A DNA stretch of 22,141 nt from Abditibacteriaceae bacterium. GTDB taxonomy: Bacteria; Armatimonadota; Abditibacteriia; Abditibacteriales; Abditibacteriaceae. The DNA lies in the NCBI GenBank assembly GCA_031372065.1, contig JANMKN010000316.1, positions 1 to 22,141 of the forward strand, given 5' to 3'. Position numbers and translations under genes: made by a program. The notes below the pieces were generated by a model. The model saw only the letters and a program-made list of their open reading frames with translations, was not told the DNA's origin and searched no databases. Below are positions 16,771 to 22,141 of this stretch, piece by piece (position 1 is the first letter of the stretch; each line of letters starts with the position of its first letter).

Positions 16771-17853
16771 TCAAACCGACTTCACGCTTTGGCGATGCAC
16801 TAATTCGCCTTTGGTGATGATGGTGCGCGGCGGCTCGGTGCTGCCTTCGAGCCGCGCGTTGAGCAATTCCACAACAGCGCCGATAGTTTGCTGCACCGGT
16901 TGCGAAATGCAAGTTAGCGGCACCGGGCAATATTCGGCGATGGGTTGGTCATCGTGCCCAATAATGCTGACATCATCCGGCACGCGCAGAGACGCGCGCA
17001 TGATTTGCGTCATGAAGGCCAGCGCCACATAATCATTGACGATGCATAATCCGCTGGGCCGTTTTTTGAGCGCTAAAAACTGCTTTGCCAACGCGCCGCC
17101 GCCCACTTCGTAAGGCGGGTTTTCGAATAACCATTCGGTGCGAAACGGCACCTTATATTCTTCAAGCGCCCTTTTAAAACCTTGCACGCGCAAATCTTGT
17201 GGCACATTGACTCGGCTTTGCCAATCGGTGGGCAGCGAAATGCTCAGGCCCAAATCGCGGTGCCCATGTTCCAGCAAATAGCGCGCGGCTTGATAAGCGT
17301 TGTCTTCGCGGTCAAACACAACTTGATCGCAATTAAGGGGCAACGCGATGTCGTAAGTCACGACAATTCCACCGCTTTTCTGATAATTTTCCAAAGCGCC
17401 CAAAACAGCTTTATCCACCATTTGCGCGGCGCAGATAATGGCGCGCGGGCGTTGCAGACAAAGCTGGCGCAATTCTTGGGCTTGCGCGGCGCCATCGAAG
17501 ATATTCGCTTCGCCGCTGGTATAAATCGGCACCTCTAATTTCAAGCGATTGAGGTGCCTTTGCAACAGCAGAATCTTCTCGGTGGCAAGGCCCACATCTA
17601 ACACGCCACTGAAAATATAAACCACATTATTGTTGGCGCCAAAAGCCAAGCGCTGCGCCAAAGGATTGGGCGAGTAGCCCATTTCGCGCGCTTTGGCTTC
17701 CACAACTATCCGCGTTTTTTCGGCGATGTTACCACGCCCCGAAAGTGCCAACGAAATAGTGGATTTATGCATTCCCAATTCATCGGCGACATCTTGAATG
17801 GTAATAGGACGCAGCGTTGTTTTTTGTTCGTTTTTACGCGTTGATTTTGTCAT
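16771..17853 (-). CDS. LacI-family transcriptional regulator
   Basis: N-terminal HTH ITIQDVADELGMHKSTISLALSG...MGYSPN..AQRL, and sugar-binding domain (NDYVA, VPDDVSIIGHDD, LTCISQP). Confidence 0.93.
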   Translation of the reverse strand: MTKSTRKNEQKTTLRPITIQDVADELGMHKSTISLALSGRGNIAEKTRIVVEAKAREMGYSPNPLAQRLAFGANNNVVYIFSGVLDVGLATEKILLLQRHLNRLKLEVPIYTSGEANIFDGAAQAQELRQLCLQRPRAIICAAQMVDKAVLGALENYQKSGGIVVTYDIALPLNCDQVVFDREDNAYQAARYLLEHGHRDLGLSISLPTDWQSRVNVPQDLRVQGFKRALEEYKVPFRTEWLFENPPYEVGGGALAKQFLALKKRPSGLCIVNDYVALAFMTQIMRASLRVPDDVSIIGHDDQPIAEYCPVPLTCISQPVQQTIGAVVELLNARLEGSTEPPRTIITKGELVHRQSVKSV

Positions 17854-17873
17854 GTTTCCCTAAGTTTTCGGGC

Positions 17874-18908
17874 CTATTGTTGCCACTTCTTGCGCCACGA
17901 CTCATAATCTGAAAACAATTTCACCGGCCAGTTGCCATACCAAGCATAGCCATTGCGGCGCTCGTAAGAAATATCAGCCAGATTTTTTCGAGGCACGCCA
18001 TCACGGCTCACGAAAAAGGGTTCATTCGTTTGAATATCATAAAAACGCGCCCACAAAGGCGGCGTGTTCGGGTCAGGCACGACAACCGAATCGTAACCTT
18101 TTTCAGCAGTTTTGTCGTCACGCTTTTCGATTTTAATGCCGGTTAATTTCGCTTTCTCGAACCACGCCATCGCCGCTGCAATGGCGGTTTGAATTTCGGG
18201 AGAAGGCTGGTCAAGACTCATCAAAAGGCGCGTAATGCCCGCCGATTCGCTGCCGCTGAGTGACACCAATTCAAAAGCGCGCGCCGAGCGCGGTTCCAAG
18301 GTTTTTTCGTCGTGCTGCGCGCACCAAACCGTAAGAACACCCTTGACTTTTATTTGGCATTTGAGAATGCAATTGATGCCACTGTCGAACGCTATTTGCG
18401 CTTTGGCACGCCGCTCTTTGTCAACGAAATCATACAGCGGCTGCGTCGCAATTTCGCGCAAAATCTCCATCAAATTCACCATCGTGTTGTCATTGAAGGT
18501 AATGTAGCGCGGATAATCTTGGCGCGGCGGAAATGATTGCGGCCAGCCGCCGGTTGGATATTGCGCGGCCAAAATATGATCGAGCGCTTTGAAAAAGGCC
18601 GCTCGATATTTTGGGTCTTGCGTCGCCTCAAACATTCGCGCTAAAAAGCGCATTTCGTTGATCGTCGCACCGTTGTCGAAAGTGCCATGTAAATCTGTGG
18701 CGACCCCTTTATAGGGCAGAGTGGTATCGCCGTTTTTGGGCCAGTCGCCAAAAGACGATTGTTGCGATAAAACATTCGCGGCCAGAGTTTTGGCCTCGTC
18801 GCCTTGAAACCACGCCATAGGTTTTTTCAGCAAAGACCGCACATCGGCTTTTGCCACCAAAGCAAAGAAAACGGCACATGACAGCAAAAGAAGCGCTTTG
18901 ACTTTCAT
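17874..18908 (-). CDS. pelA: Pectate lyase, family PL10 (PelA-type), secreted
   Basis: Signal peptide; GDWPKN, TFDNGAT, AQYPTGGWPQ, ITFNDNTM, WCAQHD, ARAFEL.SLSGSES, WARFY, ERRNGYAWY. Confidence 0.92.
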   Translation of the reverse strand: MKVKALLLLSCAVFFALVAKADVRSLLKKPMAWFQGDEAKTLAANVLSQQSSFGDWPKNGDTTLPYKGVATDLHGTFDNGATINEMRFLARMFEATQDPKYRAAFFKALDHILAAQYPTGGWPQSFPPRQDYPRYITFNDNTMVNLMEILREIATQPLYDFVDKERRAKAQIAFDSGINCILKCQIKVKGVLTVWCAQHDEKTLEPRSARAFELVSLSGSESAGITRLLMSLDQPSPEIQTAIAAAMAWFEKAKLTGIKIEKRDDKTAEKGYDSVVVPDPNTPPLWARFYDIQTNEPFFVSRDGVPRKNLADISYERRNGYAWYGNWPVKLFSDYESWRKKWQQ

Positions 18909-18983
18909 AACAGGAACTTTTTAACAACTCTTGGAACACGCGGCACTGTCAAAGTTCTCGCTTTACAAAAGCCGACAAAAATT

Positions 18984-18996
18984 TGAAGCCGCTTAA
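18984..18996. promoter_or_regulatory. Candidate LacI-type operator
   Basis: Imperfect palindrome TGAAGCCGCTTAA in the divergent intergenic region upstream of the pectin cluster. Confidence 0.3.
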
Positions 18997-19048
18997 CCAT
19001 AGTTTGGCTCAGATATGTTGAAATAATGGCACCGAGGAAAATCTGACT

Positions 19049-19855
19049 ATGAAGACCACCCTGAAAGACTTGAAATTGCCCGCGATGATGACGGTTTTGG
19101 GCCTGTCGACTCTGATGACCCAGGCGCAACCCGATTTAGGCGCCGCCAAAGGCGCCAATCCGCCAAACCGCACGCCCGGCCAATTGGTGGCAAACATGAC
19201 ACCAGAACAGCGCCGCACGCTGATGCAAGGGCGCATTGAGGAGCAATTGCAAAATCGTCGCACCGAAATGCTGCGCCAATCGCTAAACCAAAGTGGTTTT
19301 GATGATAAAACCGTGCAAGATGCGATTATAGATTTCTCGAACCAGCAGATCAAAGCCGCTTTATCAATTCGTGATAAAACGGATAGAGTCTCTGAATCTC
19401 TCGCCGACAAAGCCACTGCTGACACGCAAATTTCAGTGCTGTTAAACGATTTGCGCACCGCACAGGCCGATGAAAAAGAGCGCCGCGCAGCTGCCGAAAA
19501 AGCGTTGGATGCAAAAATCAACTACACCAAAAAACCGCGTCTCGAAGCGTTGCTAACCACGCTGAATTTAATCGGCGTCGATGGCGGCCTGATGAATATT
19601 GTGAGCAGCATTGGTGGCGGACGTGGCGCTGGTCTGGGCGCTGGTGGCCTTGCAGGTAGAGGTGTGGCTGGTGGCGCCTTTGGTGGCGGGCGTCGTGGTT
19701 TTGGCGCATATCAAAACGGCGCGGGCGCCGGACAAAATGCACAAGGTAACGCACAAGGCAACGATGTCTTTGGCTTGCGCCGCGAACGGGGCTTGCGCCG
19801 CAACAATAACGAAGACGCCAATAAACCAAAGACCGACGCCAAAGTTGGTGCATAA
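19049..19855 (+). CDS. Secreted hypothetical protein: helical Spy/CpxP-like core plus Gly/Arg-rich low-complexity tail
   Basis: GAGGA 8 nt before the ATG, probable signal peptide ending TQA, MTPEQ (LTxxQ-like), long charged helices, tail GGGRGAGLGAGGLAGRG...NAQGNAQG. Confidence 0.7.
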   Translation: MKTTLKDLKLPAMMTVLGLSTLMTQAQPDLGAAKGANPPNRTPGQLVANMTPEQRRTLMQGRIEEQLQNRRTEMLRQSLNQSGFDDKTVQDAIIDFSNQQIKAALSIRDKTDRVSESLADKATADTQISVLLNDLRTAQADEKERRAAAEKALDAKINYTKKPRLEALLTTLNLIGVDGGLMNIVSSIGGGRGAGLGAGGLAGRGVAGGAFGGGRRGFGAYQNGAGAGQNAQGNAQGNDVFGLRRERGLRRNNNEDANKPKTDAKVGA

Positions 19856-19861
19856 AATATC

Positions 19862-19887
19862 GTAGGCGGCTGAGGCTTTTCAGCCCT
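19862..19887 (+). repeat. GTAG-tagged REP-like hairpin
   Basis: GTAG followed by GGCTGA-GGCTTT-TCAGCC, 6 bp after a stop codon. Confidence 0.4.
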
Positions 19888-19927
19888 GAGCCGTAATATC
19901 TTGCTATCGAATCCGTTGTATTGCACG

Positions 19928-19965
19928 AAAAGGCGCCAAGCGATTTTAATCTTGGCGCCTTTTTT
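19928..19965. terminator. Bidirectional intrinsic terminator
   Basis: AAAAGGCGCCAAG-N10-CTTGGCGCCTTTT(TT): perfect 13-bp stem with A and T tracts, between convergent genes. Confidence 0.85.
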
Positions 19966-20097
19966 ATGCGAATGGCTCGTCTTTCTGGTCGGGAAGCCCC
20001 CGAATTTGCGCCTGATATTCTGCGCCCACATCGGTCTATAAAAACCGGCGCGCGCCATGAAGCCTGTCAGCAGCATTTTTATACAAAATTCGACTTT

Positions 20098-20406
20098 TCA
20101 CTTTCCTGTTTCTTCATTTTCTATTTTAGTCTGCTCGCGGCATTCAGTTTTCACGACTTCGGGCACCGATTTGAGTGCCCACAAAACCAAACCGGGCACG
20201 ATTAAAGCGTCGTCCAAATGACCGATAACCGGAATAAAATCGGGAATTAAATCAATCGGCGATAAAGCATAGCCAAGCGCCAACGCCAGTAAAATTTTCG
20301 CGCCGCGTGGCGTATCGGGATGTTTTGAAACACGCTTGTAAAAATCAAATTCGCGCTTCAAACTACGCCGCGCATCGGCGAGTTTTTCTTTCAATTTTCC
20401 CACCAC
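20098..20406 (-). CDS. YkvA / DUF1232 family membrane protein
   Basis: P.TP..AK......GYALSPIDLIPDFIPVIGHLDD signature; start overlaps the end of pgeF. Confidence 0.92.
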   Translation of the reverse strand: MVGKLKEKLADARRSLKREFDFYKRVSKHPDTPRGAKILLALALGYALSPIDLIPDFIPVIGHLDDALIVPGLVLWALKSVPEVVKTECREQTKIENEETGK

Positions 20407-21179
20407 GCTATTAAACCAAAACGCCCCGCCGTGCCGTTTTGTCCGCGATGCGAAAAGAACAAATCATTCTGACAGCGCGGACACTGCGGCATAACTTCGA
20501 TATTTTCCGGCAGCACGCCAACATTTTCCAAATCACGCCGCAGTAGCAAACGCAAATCAAGATGCGGCTTTTCCCAATCGTCGCGCTGAATAACCGCTTC
20601 CGGCGCGATTTTTTGCGTCGCTTCAACAACTTCTGGGCCAATTTCAAAGCAATTCACGCATAGGCAAGGGCCAATGCCGACTTTAAACTCGGATGTTTGT
20701 AATGATTTCTCAACCCAGAGAAACTTAATACGGATTGCTGCATCGCTTGCGATGCTTTCAACGGCGCCGCGCCAACCGGCGTGAACGACCGCCAGCATAT
20801 GTTTTTGTTGAGAGACAATCAGAAGAGGCGCGCAGTCGGCAACTTGAATTAAAACCGGAATCTGCGGCGTTTGGACAATAAGTCCATCGCACTGAGGCCG
20901 CGCACTGTTCCAATCGAAGGCGCCGCGACTGGCCAATTCTTCCCAAACTGGCTTTATACGCGTGCCGTGAACCTGCTGCGCTGCGACCAATCGCGCGGCA
21001 TCGTAGCCCAATTCTTCCGCTAACTTCTTGCGATTTTCTGTCACGCGCGACGCGTCATCGCCAACGTGATAGGCCAGATTCAATTCGTCATACGGCCCGT
21101 TGCAAGCGCCACCACGTGTTGTAATGGTGTGGCGCAAATGCGGAATATTTTTGAGCGAATCAAAGCGTAGAAACTGCAT
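20391..21179 (-). CDS. pgeF: PgeF/YfiH laccase-domain protein (peptidoglycan editing factor / purine nucleoside phosphorylase)
   Basis: LNLAYHVGDD...V.ENR, QVHG, ADC.P, HAGWRG, IGP...C.E.G, FFSHR. Confidence 0.92.
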   Translation of the reverse strand: MQFLRFDSLKNIPHLRHTITTRGGACNGPYDELNLAYHVGDDASRVTENRKKLAEELGYDAARLVAAQQVHGTRIKPVWEELASRGAFDWNSARPQCDGLIVQTPQIPVLIQVADCAPLLIVSQQKHMLAVVHAGWRGAVESIASDAAIRIKFLWVEKSLQTSEFKVGIGPCLCVNCFEIGPEVVEATQKIAPEAVIQRDDWEKPHLDLRLLLRRDLENVGVLPENIEVMPQCPRCQNDLFFSHRGQNGTAGRFGLIAWWEN

Positions 21180-21184
21180 ATTAA

Positions 21185-21276
21185 AAACACAAAGGGCACA
21201 AAGATTTCACCAAGTTACACAAAGATTTTGAAATCTCTTTGTGTGTCTTTGTGTCTTCTTTGTGCCCTTTGTGTTT
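21185..21276. repeat. Palindromic array of CACAAAG units (four forward, four reverse)
   Basis: AAACACAAAGGGCACAAAGA (21185-21204) is the exact reverse complement of 21257-21276. Inner units CACCAAG, CACAAAG, CTTTGTG, CTTTGTG recur with a 9-11 bp period. Confidence 0.88.
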
Positions 21277-21287
21277 AATTCCGTAAA

Positions 21288-22141
21288 TTACTTGCCGAGT
21301 TTGGCGCGAATATCGGCCAACTGTCCGGCGCTGCCGAGTTTTTCGTTTTTGTGCGCGATGAATTCGGCATAAGCGGCGATGAAAATCTTGCCGGGGCCAC
21401 GCAAATCGAAATCTTCGGGCTTGTCGCGGAAGAATTCGCGATGCACGCGCGTCCATACCAAGCGGCCATCGGTGTCCACGTTCACTTTGGTGACGCCGAG
21501 TTTTGCGGCGGGCAAATACTGCTCTTCGTCCACGCCTTTGGCGCCTTCTTTAAGTTTGCCGCCCGCTTCGTTGATACGGCGCACTTCGTCTTGCGGCACG
21601 CTGGAACTGCCGTGCATCACAATCGGAAAACCGGGCAAAAGTTCCTGAATTTTCTTGATGCGATCAAAGTGCAAGCCTTGTCCGCCGCTGAATTTATAAG
21701 CGCCATGCGAGGTGCCAATTGCCGCCGCGAGGCTGTCGCAGCCGCTTTGCTCAACAAATAATTTGGCTTCTTCGGGGTCGGTCAGGCAAGCGTTTTTCTC
21801 ATCCACAGCAACGTGTTCTTCCACGCCGCCGAGCATTCCCAGTTCGGCTTCGACGGAAATGCCTTTGGCGTGCGCGGCTTCGACAACGCGCTTGGTGATG
21901 GCAACGTTTTCATCGAACGGATCGTGCGAGGCATCAATCATCACGCTGGAATAAAAACCCGAATTGATGCAATCGTAACAAGTCTGCTCATCGCCGTGAT
22001 CAAGATGCACGGCGAAAATCGCTTCGGGAAACACTTCTTCCGCCGAGCGAATAATGCCTTCGAGCATCGCTTTGTCGGTATAACTGCGCGCGCCCTTGGA
22101 AAGCTGAATAATAAAAGGCGCCTGCGAATCAATGCAGCCCT
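21288..22141 (-). CDS. fba: Class II fructose-1,6-bisphosphate aldolase (5'-truncated by window edge)
   Basis: HLDHG, SSVMIDAS, EAELG, IGTSHGAYKF, VMHGSS, KVNVDTD. The frame stays open to the window edge (GCIDSQAPFIIQLSKGARSY). Confidence 0.95.
   Translation of the reverse strand, partial: GCIDSQAPFIIQLSKGARSYTDKAMLEGIIRSAEEVFPEAIFAVHLDHGDEQTCYDCINSGFYSSVMIDASHDPFDENVAITKRVVEAAHAKGISVEAELGMLGGVEEHVAVDEKNACLTDPEEAKLFVEQSGCDSLAAAIGTSHGAYKFSGGQGLHFDRIKKIQELLPGFPIVMHGSSSVPQDEVRRINEAGGKLKEGAKGVDEEQYLPAAKLGVTKVNVDTDGRLVWTRVHREFFRDKPEDFDLRGPGKIFIAAYAEFIAHKNEKLGSAGQLADIRAKLGK

Noticed and set aside
16763..16930. His-rich N-terminal extension of GH106 (AAAHHHHQ)
   Set aside because: It overlaps the LacI coding region in another frame, and the signal peptide begins at ATG 16762.
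19966..20097. 6S RNA, twister ribozyme or known riboswitch
   Set aside because: Only fragmentary resemblance (GGGAAGC/GCGCCC; AATGC..GCCGGT). The required long closing stem or pseudoknot partners are absent.

Overview
Bacterial chromosomal window of moderate to high GC. Gene style suggests Abditibacteriota/Armatimonadota, but that is inference only. Left to right: (1) a minus-strand Wzy-dependent exopolysaccharide/capsule locus with a long OPX/Wza-like exporter carrying six SLBB repeats, a Wzc tyrosine kinase, a polytopic polymerase/GT-C-like protein, a hexapeptide acyltransferase and the 5' end of a probable MBOAT O-acyltransferase missed by the ORF track. (2) A divergent nucleotide-sugar epimerase/decarboxylase followed by an orphan Tat-lipoprotein sugar-binding protein. 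(3) A small accessory patch: secreted metallophosphoesterase, an AT-rich stand-alone NucC-like (DUF6602) nuclease, and a DUF559 endonuclease whose start codon abuts a perfect 29-bp inverted pair of REP-like hairpins. (4) A pectin/rhamnogalacturonan degradation cluster (PL10, LacI, GH106, PL11). (5) A secreted Gly-rich protein, a structured intergenic region, YkvA, PgeF, a CACAAAG-unit palindromic repeat and a partial class II fructose-bisphosphate aldolase. The most interesting signals are the DUF559/REP-like unit, the orphan NucC-like gene, and a Wzc-like tyrosine cluster on the tail of the putative polymerase. All product calls rest on motif recognition, with no database searches.
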